A stretch of 64,000 nt of DNA from positions 74,462,001 through 74,526,000 of the forward strand of contig OX597830.1 of NCBI GenBank assembly GCA_951406725.2, given 5' to 3'. The DNA comes from Octopus vulgaris. Taxonomy: Eukaryota. The notes under the pieces were generated by a model. That model saw only the letters and a list, made by a program, of their open reading frames with translations. It did no database searches and was not told the DNA's origin. The translations under genes and the position numbers were made by a program. Positions 27,463 to 40,481 of this stretch are shown one piece after another; positions within the stretch are counted from its first letter, which is position 1; each line of letters starts with the position of its first letter.

Positions 27463-27493
27463 TATACATAGATACATGCATACATGCATGTAG

Positions 27494-27549
<56 letters not shown>

Positions 27550-27948
27550 GCTTATACGTATCTATGCATAGATGTATTGCTGTATGAGCAAATACCAGAG
27601 ATTGTATTCTATAACTGTGAATTTCAGAATGTTGTGCAAAGAGGACAAATGCAAATTTAAGCACATGCGTAGAAAAGATATATATAACATTTACTCAACT
27701 ATGGTGCATTCTTGCATTTTACCTCTCATTTCTCTGTACTTTGTCCACCCACGTTATATATACTTGCACACAAATCCATCAAACTTCTCTCTTTCTCTCT
27801 CACCCTCTCTCTCTCCACACAGACATTTGCATATTTCAAAATATTGCCATTTGTTCTTTTACATGCAGTTAGATGCACACATAGATACAAATTTATATTT
27901 CTAATCATATATATGTATGTATACGTACTCATAATATCTAAATGTACA

Positions 27949-28002
<54 letters not shown>

Positions 28003-28037
28003 GTTGTGTGTGTATAAACATATATACATGCATATAC

Positions 28038-28141
<104 letters not shown>

Positions 28142-28554
28142 ATATATATATATATATATAAACACATGTGTATATATAGATATTTGTATATATGCATATA
28201 TATGTATATGAATATGTGTATCTATATTTATCTAAAAAGGAATGGTCGTTACCAACTCAACGTGGTTGTTCTGCATAGAAAAATGTTAGTATTCCTTTTA
28301 ACCCCAAGAGGACACCTCCTCCAGCTGGTTAACTATACAATATCTGTGTTCGGTATATTGCAAACAAGGGAGGGAACAGCACTCTTAACCTCGTCGAGGT
28401 GTTGATAACCATTACTCTTGCGTAGAGTTACTACTTACGTCTCTTTTATAGATGTAAGAACTAGCAACTTTATTTATATCTACCTCTTTATACAAACACA
28501 TATGTATGTATGCATATATGTGTGTGCGTGCGTGCGCGCGTGTGTGTGTATACT

Positions 28555-28751
28555 CTCTTTAATCTTTTTCTCCCTTCAGTGATTTGACTGCGGCCATGCT
28601 GGAGCACCGCCTTTAGTCGAGCAAATCGACCCCAGGACTTATTCTATCGGTCTCTTTTGCCGAACCGCTAGATTATGGGGGTCGCACACACACCAGCATC
28701 GGTTGTCAAACGATGTTGAGGGGGACAAACAGACACACAGACAGACACACA

Positions 28752-28805
<54 letters not shown>

Positions 28806-28979
28806 TTACATATATACGACGGGCTTCTTTAAGTTTCTGTCTACCAAATACACTCACAAGGCTTTGCTCGGCCGAGGCTATAGTAGAAGACACTTACCCA
28901 AGGTGCTAAGCAGTGGGACTGAACCCGGAACCATGTGGCTGGTATGCAACCTACATACCACACAGCCACTTCTGCGCCT
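28555..28979 (-). mobile_element. Full-length SINE family B with internal TA/TG microsatellite
   Basis: tRNA-like head AGGCGCAGAAGTGGCTGTGTGGTA...GGTTCCGGGTTCAGTCCC, CCTTGGGTAAGTGTCTT, tail GGCGGTGCTCCAGCATGGCCGCAGTC. Confidence 0.9.
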
Positions 28980-29859
28980 ATGCTCACATTTAGTGAACTA
29001 TATGGCCATGGTAAAGCAATTGGATAAGTCTTTTTCAAGAGCTAGGTCTCTTCCAAACTTCTTTAAAATAATAGGCAGTTGCCCATATATACAAATCCTC
29101 TTTTCGTTCGTTTCCTACAAATTATAGACATTGATTGTGTGAAAGGTGTATCCAACGCAGTTTGGGATCCGTGATGTCACAAGCGTTGGATGCCTTCAGA
29201 ACGCAAAGAGCCAAAACAGATTTCAGCTCTAACATTTTGACAATTATTTTCCTTAGAAAGACTACATTGCAATCCACCAATAAATACATGTCATCCAGCA
29301 TCCATAGATTGTAAGGGTCGCCAACATATATCTTCGGGCAGGACACAAGGCTAAATCTCTCCTCACATAAAAACAATGTTAGCGTTGCAAACCAACGAAC
29401 CACTTGACAATGTATACACTGAAGCCATCGCTTGCAACGATTAATTATATTGAAACCTGGTGTATCTAATTACAGTTTGACGGCCTGGGCACTTTGAAAG
29501 ATAAATAAAATAGCCTTGGACATGACAAAGCACAGTAACAACGAACAAATTGCTGACTTTTCTGTTAGTTTTCCTTAAACCCATTGGCGCATCCATCCGA
29601 GATTTTCACAGACATGCAATATTCTCTATCTGATAAAATTAAAGGAACGAAATAAAAATTTCACAACAGCCATTGTTATATATACAATGCAAAAGATTGG
29701 ATCACCATCTTGGGGAAACTTTCTCACTCGTCTGTTTAACGCAACAAAACACTGAGTTAAAACACTGGAACTAGGTATTCTTGCGATTCATGAAATTATT
29801 AGATAATATGTATATCGCTATCTGAGCGAGAGACGGAAAGAGTGACAGTCAGAGAATGT

Positions 29860-30567
29860 GATATGGAGAGACGAATCAAAGCATGTACGGACCAGAGAGA
29901 GAGATTGGAGAGAGAGAGAGAGTGGGGAGAAAGAGAGAGATGGGAGAGGGAGCAAGGGATTGAGTGAGAGTGAGAGAGAGGGAATAAGAGAGAGAGATGG
30001 GAGAAAGAGAGAGATGGGAGAAGGAGCAAGGGATTGAGGGAGAGTGAGAGAGAGGGAATAAGAGAGAGAGAGAGGGGGAGGAATTGATGAATTGAGACAG
30101 AGAGATTGACAGACTGACAGACAAAGACGGGGAGAGAGAGAGGAATATAGAGAAAGAGAAAGAGGAGAGAGAGGGAGATTTAGAAAGCAAAAGGGAGAGA
30201 GAGAAGGGGAAGATTAAGAGTTAAGGGGAAGGGAGGGAGAGAGATAAAGAGAGAGTGAGTAAGAGAGTTGAGGAATTCAGACTGACAGACAGACAGATTG
30301 ACAGACTTACAGACAGAGACGAGTAGAGAGAGAAAGAGAGAGAGAGGGAGAGAGAGAAAGCCAGAGAAAGAGAGAGAGAGGGGGTGAGAAAGACAGAGAG
30401 AGAGATAGAGAGGGAGAGAAAGATATACAGGTAGAGCTAGAGAGCGGGACAAACAGATAGAAGGGAATGTGCAACGATACATATAGTTTTGTATTCGAGA
30501 GTAATTTCTTAGTTATTTCTAGCATTCCTCAGAAGAGTGAGACATGGGAAAAAAGAGGGAGAAAGGA

Positions 30568-30608
<41 letters not shown>

Positions 30609-30672
30609 CAGATTGACAGAGAAAGAATGAAAAAAGAAAGAAGGAAAAAAGAAAGAAAGAAAGAAAGAAAGA
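29860..30672. repeat. GA-rich polypurine tract with an internal ~75-bp duplication
   Basis: GAGAGAGATGGGAGA(G/A)GGAGCAAGGGATTGAG..GAGAGTGAGAGAGAGGGAATAAGAGAGAG x2. Confidence 0.9.
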
Positions 30673-31242
30673 ACATGTTAGACGTTGCGATCGTTTAGCA
30701 AGCAATCAGATCTGTGGCACTAAACATATGATTCAAAGTATTCCGGCTGAGTCCACCTCGACAGTGCTACATAATTAAAGGAAACGTTTTTAAACAGCAC
30801 TCTGTGATTGGCGAGTGATTTCGCTATTATTTCTAGCAAGATGAATGACATCTTTTTCATTGCGAGTTTTGCTGTGTCCATGTTTAATTTTCTCTATGTT
30901 ATTACAGCAGTGTCCAACCACCAATATTCTTGGAGCCAAAATCTTCTCATTGTGAAACAGATGTACAAAAGCAACTTACCAGAAATCAAAATGTCGATAT
31001 TTTCTTTGCAAATATCACTTGTTTCATTTTTTTTATATATAAATATATTTCCATTATTATTCAGTTTTCTTATATAATATATATTTTTTTTTTTATTTAT
31101 TAATTATTTGGATGTAATTAAATTGGAGATATTGATGTAGGAGTCTTCGTTGATGTTCGTACATTTTTGTTGGAAGCTGATTTTCTCATGAGGACGATGA
31201 TGTTGATGTAATGTAATGTAAATATTGGCTTGTATTCTTCTA

Positions 31243-31340
31243 TACACAATAATCCCTCGCTATATCGCGGTTCACTTATCGCGGTTTATTATTTAAGCTT
31301 ACGTCGATTTCTCCGTAGTGTTGTTTCGAATTTATAATAA
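31243..31340 (+). mobile_element. pogo/Tigger-like terminal fragment
   Basis: CAATAATCCCTCGCTATATCGCGGTTCACTTATCGCGG resembles pogo/Tigger TIRs; no partner end seen. Confidence 0.5.
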
Positions 31341-31363
31341 AATAAATATAAATAAATTATTAA

Positions 31364-31420
<57 letters not shown>

Positions 31421-31439
31421 TATTATTATTATTATTATC

Positions 31440-31527
<88 letters not shown>

Positions 31528-31817
31528 TAATAAAGGGTAAAATTAATTAATTAATAATTAATAGTTTTACTAAGTAGTTCAGTATGTTAAAAGAACCATT
31601 ATCGGTAAACTTATACAGAAATTCTATAACTATGCGTGTAATTATAATTAGGGTTCAGCAAATATTTGCTTCACCACATACCAAAATTTAGAAATAGCAG
31701 TTAAAATCTACTATTTCACTACCATAAGTAATTCTCCTAGACAGCAATACTCAACAACTCACGCAGGCAAAGAGAAAAAAAAACGATTCCACCCTAGCCG
31801 GGTGGATGCGTTATTTT

Positions 31818-32346
31818 GTCTCACTAAACGAATTGAAGGCATGGCTGCTCTCGATTATTGGGATCGCCTTAAAGCCTTGAAACTTTACTCCCTCCAGCGT
31901 CGCCGTGAGCGGTACATCATTTGTACGATGTGGAGAATATACCGCCAAATTTGCCCAAACGACCTTAACATTAACTTCAAGGTTCATCCAAGACTGGGAC
32001 CACGGGCCATACGTCCCCTGCCCAATTCAAGATCACAACATACCTGTACACTGCAACATAATTTCTTTTCCTCAACAGGCCCTGCCCTATTCAACATTGT
32101 CCCGAGGGACATCAAAGAGGAAAAGGATCCCATCAACTTTAAACGGAGTCTGGATAGATTCCTTCAAAGAATACCAGATAAGCCACCCATAATTGGATAC
32201 AACTCACCCAAGAAGAACTCACTACTTGAACAAAACTTGACTTAAACAGGATTTGAATAATCCTATCAGGTGGTGCTATTAAGTTAGACATGGCCTGGAC
32301 CAATCTTTGGTCGAAACATATCTAAGTTATCTAAGTTATCTAAGTT
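31818..32346 (+). mobile_element. 5'-truncated CR1-group LINE, young copy with open reading frame
   Basis: LDYWDRLKALKLYSLQRRRERYII...GPALFNIVPRDIK..FKRSLDRFLQRIPDKP, stop at 32245; tail (TATCTAAGT)3. Confidence 0.9.
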
Positions 32347-32349
32347 ACA

Positions 32350-32925
32350 TATTACGTTGTAAATTGCAACTTTCCACTAGTATTTATTTGTCTTTTACGG
32401 ATGCTGAAGTGGACTAAGATGTTACAATGGATTCAGTTGAATGCAGATCAGTGATCAGGTTTTTATTCTTGAAAGGTCGTACACCAAAAGAGACTTTCGA
32501 TGAAATGAAAGAGGTTTATTTTGACGATGCACCATCATAACGACGTAGTCAAGCACTGCCATCGCCAGTTCAAATGTGGTCGGACATCAGTGGAAACTGC
32601 TCCTATTCCTGGATGACCAAATTCCGCTATTGATGACGACACCGTCCATAAAGTGGAAGATGTCATTTTGGAGGATCGCCGCATAACTAACCCAAAAAGT
32701 GAAAAAGGTGTAGGGTCAGAGAAAAAGATGACAATTTGCACATGCAGATGGTCGCACCTATTCAGAAGCAGGAATGAGTTAATTGCTTCCAGACTCTTTT
32801 AGCAATGTTCCTAGAAATGGGGGAGGACATTTTCGGCAGACTTACACAAAGAATGAAACATGGGTCCATCACAATGATCTTGAGACTAAAGTCCAGTGGA
32901 AGCAATGGAAGCATAATAACCCACC
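32350..32925 (+). mobile_element. Mariner transposase remnant, N-terminal half
   Basis: MDSVECRSVIRFLFLKGRTPKETFDEMKEVY, FKCGRTSVE, EDRRIT and ETWVHHND..KQW. Confidence 0.85.
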
Positions 32926-32991
32926 ACCCTCAATACCGTGTCCTACTGTGTCAGCAGTGCACTTTACATCACTTGTTCGGATTATATCTAC

Positions 32992-33279
32992 AGATATTTT
33001 TTAGAAATTATAACCAGCACTGATGTTTGTTACGACATTTCGTATCCTATTAGTGAGATGTAAACAAAAATTTGGATCGAAGAAGAAAAAAGTGCGTATA
33101 TGACATTTTTCGGGAGATTTTTCCCCTTCATCAGCACCCATCTGTTGATGGGTGGTGATGAAGGGGGAAATTCTCGAAATGTGTCATATAAGCCCATTAC
33201 ACATTTAAAATAAAAATCTTCGATCTCATTTTGTGTTGAAACAAAAATCAGTGTTCGCTAAAAATTCTATTGAATATCT
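32992..33279. repeat. Palindrome whose two arms each carry a hammerhead-like motif
   Basis: Core arms 33097-33142 and 33147-33190; minus CTGATGA-AGGGGA..TCTCCC-GAAA-AATG-TC; plus GTGATGA-AGGGG..TTCTC-GAAA-TGTG-TC. Confidence 0.75.
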
Positions 33280-33377
33280 TTAAGAGATAAACCTTAACAA
33301 GTCAGCTATAAATATTTTCTGCTCCTTTTGCATAAGTCGAAGTCATTTGGATAGAAGAGATAAAGTCCCTCGATTCT

Positions 33378-33417
33378 CTGGCTGATGACGGCTATATAGA
33401 CAGAAACTTATGTCCAC
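33378..33417 (+). ncRNA. Degenerate minimal hammerhead-like motif
   Basis: CTGATGA (33382)-CGGCTATATAGACA-GAA-AC(TTAT)GT-C; core intact, stem I poorly paired. Confidence 0.45.
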
Positions 33418-33628
33418 GTCTTTTCCTCCTATCTGCAGAAAATAAGGCTGTCCTTTTCCTTAATGTCAATTCTTGAGAATTCTTTGAATCAGGAGATTAT
33501 CTTCGCTTCTCAAGAAGAGATGGACTTAATTACCATCTGGTAATTATAACAGAGCCATCAGAAACGGAGACAATTTTGATTAATCAAAAATATGTTTTTC
33601 GGTATATGTATATACTAATTATGTACCG

Positions 33629-33942
33629 TGAAAGCGCATGGCTCAGTGGTTAAAGTGTCGGGCTCACAGTCACAAAGTTGTGAGTTCGATCCCTGGACTG
33701 GGCAGTGTGTTCTACTTATGAGCAAGACACTTCATTACCCGTTGCTTTAGTTCATTCAGTTGTAGAAATGAATTGTTACGTCACTGGTACCAAGCTGTAT
33801 CGGTCTTTGTCTTTCCATTGGATAGCATCGGTGATGTGGAGAGGATATACATGGTATGAATGAGCGGCTTGCCCGGGCTTTGCCTCGGAGGGGGGTCTTT
33901 CTAGGTGCAATCCCATGGACATTGATGACCGAAGGGGGTCTT
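33629..33942 (+). mobile_element. tRNA-derived SINE, family D
   Basis: TGGCTCAGTGG A box, GAGTTCGATCCC B box, TGAGCAAGACACTT CORE-like segment. Confidence 0.8.
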
Positions 33943-34046
33943 TAGTATATGACATACCAATATTCATCTCTATTAGTGGAATGCATCGTTTATTTTTACT
34001 GATTTACATGTATATCAAAAAACATGTATTTGTGTGTGCATTTGAA

Positions 34047-34088
<42 letters not shown>

Positions 34089-34204
34089 GCATATACTTTC
34101 ACTATTTTTCTTTCCTAATTCACCACTTCAAAAAAATATTCTAAATGTCAATTTGTTTTTTTTTTTTATTTCTGTCTTTTATTTAATTACAACTTTTAGC
34201 TTTC

Positions 34205-35060
34205 ACCAGCACTACCATCACCACCACCACCACCACCACCACCATCACAACTGATATCACCACAACCACAAACGCTTCAACCACTACCACCATAACCATC
34301 ACAAACATCATTATCACTAACGTTAATACCATATTGTTACTACTATTACTACTATTACTACTACAATCGAAACGACAACCCTTGCTACCAGCCTCATTTG
34401 TTTCTATTTTGACACGTTTTTTTTTCTGTTTGCTTTTTTTTTTCTCCTTTTTCCTTCCATTTACTATTCACGCTTCTTCAAACTCTCCTTTTTTCCCCCT
34501 GTTGTTCCACAGATTCTTCGAGCGAGACCTGATTCAAGATTCTCCTCAGCAGGTTCACCACATGCAAGCATTATAGGCTTTCTCAGGAAGAATATGCGAG
34601 ATTTTCATTAATTTTATTAAAAATCTTGACCATTGCTATCTGGAATTCTTCAAATCATGATTAAATATGTTACGCTTTTCTTTTTTTTTCTTTTTAAGAT
34701 TGTTTTTCCTTTTTTTTGGTGTTTTTTTGTGTTTTTTCTCTTCTTATCCCTATCTTTTGTCATTATGATATTAATAACAAAACATCAGCAGCATCATCAT
34801 CATCATCATCCTCATCATCATCATCACCACCATCATCATCATCAGCAGCAGCAGCAGAGGCAGTAGCATCATCATCATCATGACCACCATCACCATCATC
34901 ATCGTTGTCGTCATCATCATCGTCGTCATCATCATCGTCGTCATCATCATAGTTATCATCGTAGTTATCATCATCATAGTTATCATCGTAGTTATCATCA
35001 TCATCATCATCATCATCATCACCATCATCACCATCATCATCATCATTATCATTATTATTA

Positions 35061-35118
<58 letters not shown>

Positions 35119-36197
35119 CATTATTATCATTATTATTATTATTATTATTATTATAATAATCGTCATCGTCGTTGTGGTCGTCGTCGTTAGCAGCAGCATC
35201 ATGAGAATTATTATTATCGTTAGTATTGTTATTGTTATTGTTATTGTTATTATTATTGCTGTTATTATTGCTGTTGTTGATGTTGCTCACTATTTATACC
35301 TTTATTATTTTTTTTATACATTTGGTGTAGTTTTTAAAAAAGAAAAGAAGCCATTTGTTTCTGTCGATTTCGTCATCGACGCTGTTGTCGCCGTTGTTGT
35401 TTTCGCTTTAGCAGTATTGTGGATTGCTGTGGCAGTAGATGGCGTTACTGTGGATGATGTTGTACTATTTAATCAAACGCATGCTGATAATGATTATGAT
35501 AATGATGGTGACGACGGCGTCTACCAATATGGTGGTGACAATAATGGTGATAATGATAATGGTGGTGGTGTTTGTGGTGGTGGTGGTGGTGGTGGTGATG
35601 ATGGGGTTGACGATGATGATGGTGATGATGTTGATGGTGATAATGATGATGACCATGGTGATGCTGCTGATAATGAGGTGTAGGAGGAGGAAGAGGGGAT
35701 ATTGTTACTGACGATTATAAACATGCTGCTGCTGCTGATGATGATGATGGTGATGATAATGATGATGATTATGATGATGATGGTGGTGGAGTTTGATAAA
35801 GATGAGGATAAGGAGGATGACAATGACGACGACGATTATGATGATGGTGATGAATGCTGACAGTGGCGGTGGTTCTTGCTGCGATGACGGTTGTAGAGAT
35901 ACAATGTTGATAGTAGTGGTTGTGATTTCAATAGTGGTGTTCAATAGATGATGGAGTGGTTTGGGATGGTGGTGGTATCGTTTCATTAATCACACAATGA
36001 TGATGATGATGGCCATGATGATGATGATGACCATGATGATGATGATGATCATGATGATGATGATGATGATGATGATTGTGTTAATGGTGATGATGATGAC
36101 GACGATGATGATCATGATGATTGTGTTAATGGTGATGATGATGACGACGATGATGAAGAGGAGGATCGTGATAGTAATGATGATGAAGACGACGATG

Positions 36198-36239
<42 letters not shown>

Positions 36240-36301
36240 GTGAGGACGATGACGATGACGACGACGACGACGACGACGATGACGACGACGACGACGACGA
36301 C

Positions 36302-36356
<55 letters not shown>

Positions 36357-37022
36357 TCGGCTTTAAGATCTTGTGTGAGTGATTGGATTAGTGGCAGCTT
36401 CGTTGGGGACATCGATTTTTATTTTTGATTTGCTTTTTTGAATGTACGTTTTCTTTCGTTTGGTTTCGTTGTGTGGATCATCTACTTCCGCTGTTGCTGC
36501 TGGATTGTCAGCGTGATGTTACTGTAGTAGTTGTTTGCTGTGGTGGTGGTGGTTGTGGTTGTGATAGTGGTTGTGTTGTAGTTGTTGGGGGTTGTGACTG
36601 GGGTTTTTGAGGTGGTCGTGGTGGTGGCCATGGAGGTTCTAATTGTGTTATAGGTAATTTGATGTCAATGATGATAACGACGTTGATTATGATGATGCTG
36701 ATGGTGATGCTGCTGCTGATGATGATGAAGATGATGATGATGATGATGATGATGATAAAATGATGATGGTAGCGGTAGGTAGTGATGTTAATGATAACAT
36801 TGAGAAATCGATAAAAACGATGGCGATGATGGTGATGTGGTGAGGTGAGTTCTGGTGTTTCTTGCTGTAAAAATCTTATTATTGATGATGATGATGATGA
36901 GGAGGAGGAGGAGGAGGGAGGGAAGGAAAGGAGGAGGAGGAGAAGAAGAAGAAGAAGAAGAAGAAGAAGAAGAAGAAGAAGAAGAAGAAGAAGAAGAAGA
37001 AGAAGAAGAAGAAGAAGAAGAA
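34205..37022. repeat. Large compound trinucleotide domain (CAC/CAT/TTA blocks, then GAT/GGT/GAC, GAG and GAA blocks)
   Basis: Direct reading. Confidence 0.92.
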
Positions 37023-37850
37023 CGGTGATTGCTACCATCAGAAATGCTGTCACTTCTATGATGTCCTTCATGCTGGATTCTCTTTTTAATTTGTAGACGG
37101 AGTATGGTATCGAGAGGACAGTGTTTTGATGTTGCGTTTCTTCGCCAAAATTGATTGTTCTATGTGAAAGCAGCAAATGTGATTTTACATCAGGCTAACG
37201 TTCATATAGTGGCTGTTTCAAATCTAAGCCAACTTCATGTGAAAAGTTATTTACTGCGAATATAAACGATTTGATAATTCTTTTTATCAGAGTCGAACGC
37301 GTGAAGTTTTCTAAAGGGTTAAAATAAGAGAACGATCTATAACTAGTTTAGCCTCAAGATTATTGTTTCGTTCATGATCATGGCATCGAGGGTTCGATTA
37401 CTACACCTAGTGGTGCTTTGTGTTCTTGAGCAAACCTTTCCATTCCGTGCAGAAACTGCCTACTCAGCTGAAAATTATGGCCACTCGACTGTTCTTTTGG
37501 TCGCCTTCTCTCATTATCCACCTTACACAGCCTAGATATGGAATTACAGGTACTCTTTGGTTAATTAAATTACACGTGCAATTCAACCGACTGTCTTCCA
37601 CAAAGTTTTGTCAGCCCACTGCCTATCACAAGGGATCGGTTCAAACCGATGAGTGTGTGTATTTCTGTGCGATATACATATATATATCTATTAGATACAT
37701 ATAAGTGGGATGACTGTAAGTGGACATCCATTATGCTAGAAGTAGATCCGCTATAGCCTTACCATTTACAAAAGTATGTTCTCAAGAAAATTTAGCAAAC
37801 GCCATAACGTAAGCGAGCAAGACAAATAAAAAGATACAATATATAGATTA

Positions 37851-37923
37851 ATCACAAACCCGGTTTCGATGTTATAGCTTACATAATCATTTATGTAATT
37901 ATCCGAAACTCATCAGTGTGATC
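37851..37923 (-). ncRNA. Type-I hammerhead ribozyme with canonical core
   Basis: Minus: GATCACA-CTGATGA-G..TTACATAA(ATGA)TTATGTAA..C-GAA-ACC(G)GGT-T-TGTGAT; stem I ATCACA/TGTGAT, GUU triplet. Confidence 0.8.
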
Positions 37924-38571
37924 GTCATAGCAATTATAATTTGCAGAACTATACACGAGACATACGCATGCGGACGTCTCGTGTAGATTTATTATCAGGA
38001 AGTTGCTTCGATTTGTAGACTAGGTGAAGCTTCGTATTCTTGAACAGGTTGCTCCAATCGACTCAGCTAGAAAATATGTGTATACTTGCGATTTAGCGAC
38101 TTCTCGTACATAGGGAGAATTCATACGCCACAGAATCCGGAAAACCACCCTTATGGACTAAAGGCCTTTGATGATTTTTCAGACACCCAAACACACGCAG
38201 ACAGACATATTTGTGTGTGTTTGTGTGTGTGTTTGTGTGTTTGTGTGCGTGTATGTATGTATGTGTTTGTGTGTGTGTGTGTGTTCTTGTACCTATGTTT
38301 TTTATTATTCCATGTTTTTCTATACAACTCGCTGGAAAACAAACTCCATTGTATAGTTTTGCAGTTTCGCCTTACAACACAACTCATCTGTCACCTTTGT
38401 GACAATACAATATCGTTATAATTAATTGTTTAAAGTAGTTTTATTTCAGCAATGGTTGTTGTCTCTGCTGTTGCCATTGTGAAATTGTCAATGATATGTA
38501 GCTTTTGTCTGTGTTACTCTTCAGTATCAGTGAAAGTGAAAACTTTCGATGCATGTGTTATACTTGCAATG

Positions 38572-38617
<46 letters not shown>

Positions 38618-38726
38618 GTGTGTGTGTGTGTGTGTGTATGTTAATATTTGTATGCATGCCTATTTATAAGTCTTTCTGTTTGTGTGTCTGTGACGCTGCG
38701 GAGATATACAAGTATATATGTATATA

Positions 38727-38781
<55 letters not shown>

Positions 38782-39317
38782 TCATACGTGTATGTATGTG
38801 TACATGTAAGTTCATATGAGCCACGACTGTGGGTTGGTTAGAGATTTGAAATTCCAATATTTTTCTTTTTTAAAATTGGAAGAAAATATTTATCTTAATT
38901 TTATTAGAATTTGTATTATTTAGTTTACGTATCGAAAAAAAAACTTATTCTTTTACATTTCTGTAGTGATTTAGTTATTCAATTTTTCGAATTTACTGGA
39001 AAGTGTTTTGCTAAAAATGCAAAAAAAAAAAAGAAAAAAAGGAAATAAAGAATCATATATTTAATGTATTTCCTGAATAGGACTAAGAAATGTATAAATG
39101 TATCAACACAATAAATAGAAAAACTAATTTAACAATGCAGGGAGATTGTTGGAAATGGAAGATAAATAAATAGAAATAAATAACACAATAAATACGACAA
39201 ATTGTTTTAAATAATATGTTTGGTTTTATTAGCTAAGAGCTCTCTAAATATGGAGATCGATTAGACCATGTCAGACCCGGTGCTCCGCCATATATAGGTT
39301 ATGTTGCTTAGTGTCAG

Positions 39318-39356
<39 letters not shown>

Positions 39357-39379
39357 TTATATTTATGTATATATATATA

Positions 39380-39420
<41 letters not shown>

Positions 39421-39441
39421 TACATATGTATGAATACATGC

Positions 39442-39487
<46 letters not shown>

Positions 39488-39691
39488 GTATTATATATAT
39501 ATATATATCTATATACGTATCTCTTTGTGTGTTCACATATGTATATATATAAATGATTATATATATATATGTGTGTGTGTGTATGTGTGTGCGTGTGTAC
39601 ATATATGAATACACGCATTCACACACACACTTACATACGCATATACATATATATATATGTACACACTCATACACATACATATAATACATAT

Positions 39692-39769
<78 letters not shown>

Positions 39770-40399
39770 TAATACAAAATTGAAGCTACATCCTAAATAA
39801 AAATATCATCATAAGCACGGATTACCCACTTAATAATAGGGCTGAGATTTTCGGGGAGCTTAGCCATTTTGATAAGCATCTATGAAGTCACTTTATCATA
39901 ACGTTTTAGTTGATTACATTCTTGCAATCAGGGACATTTGCATATGCATGCGTATCGGTGTTTGGACATATGCATTTATATACACCTCAGTATTCATTGT
40001 TTCATGTTTTTCCTTGTTTTCTTTTCTCTATTTTTTATCGGATTCTCCTTTCAGCTTTTGATACATTTATTCTAATATCTATTTCTCTTTTCCTATTCTT
40101 TTATTCTTAATTTTTTTGGCATATGTTTGAATTAGTGTAATGTTTGTATGCCCTCCTCTTTAAAATTTGAGAGACGTAATTTATTTCTACCGCATGAGAT
40201 TTATGTAACAACCGAAACGAATAGGGACTGTAATTTAAAGTTCAAGTTGAACCACTTGTAATAGTGTGATGAACCTTGAACAGTAAGAAAATATAAATTG
40301 TGTAGAATGGAAAATCTTTGTAGTTTGTATTAATTTATAGTCATATAACTGCATTTATGCATACTTATATATTTATGCACTAAATGGCATTTATACATA

Positions 40400-40480
<81 letters not shown>

Positions 40481-40481
40481 G

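Noticed and set aside
32292-32325. GACCA-ATCTT-TGGTC-GAAAC stem-loop resembling half a hammerhead
   Set aside because: No CUGANGA core; it is the ordinary 3' stem-loop of a CR1-group LINE (also at ~1960)
36508-37176. 222-aa minus-strand ORF with poly-Leu resembling a membrane protein
   Set aside because: It is dominated by (CTT)n and (CAT)n repeats with no recognisable domain; kept only as a possible exon island
38885-39170. Weak inverted similarity between AT-rich segments
   Set aside because: Too degenerate and AT-rich to distinguish from chance by eye
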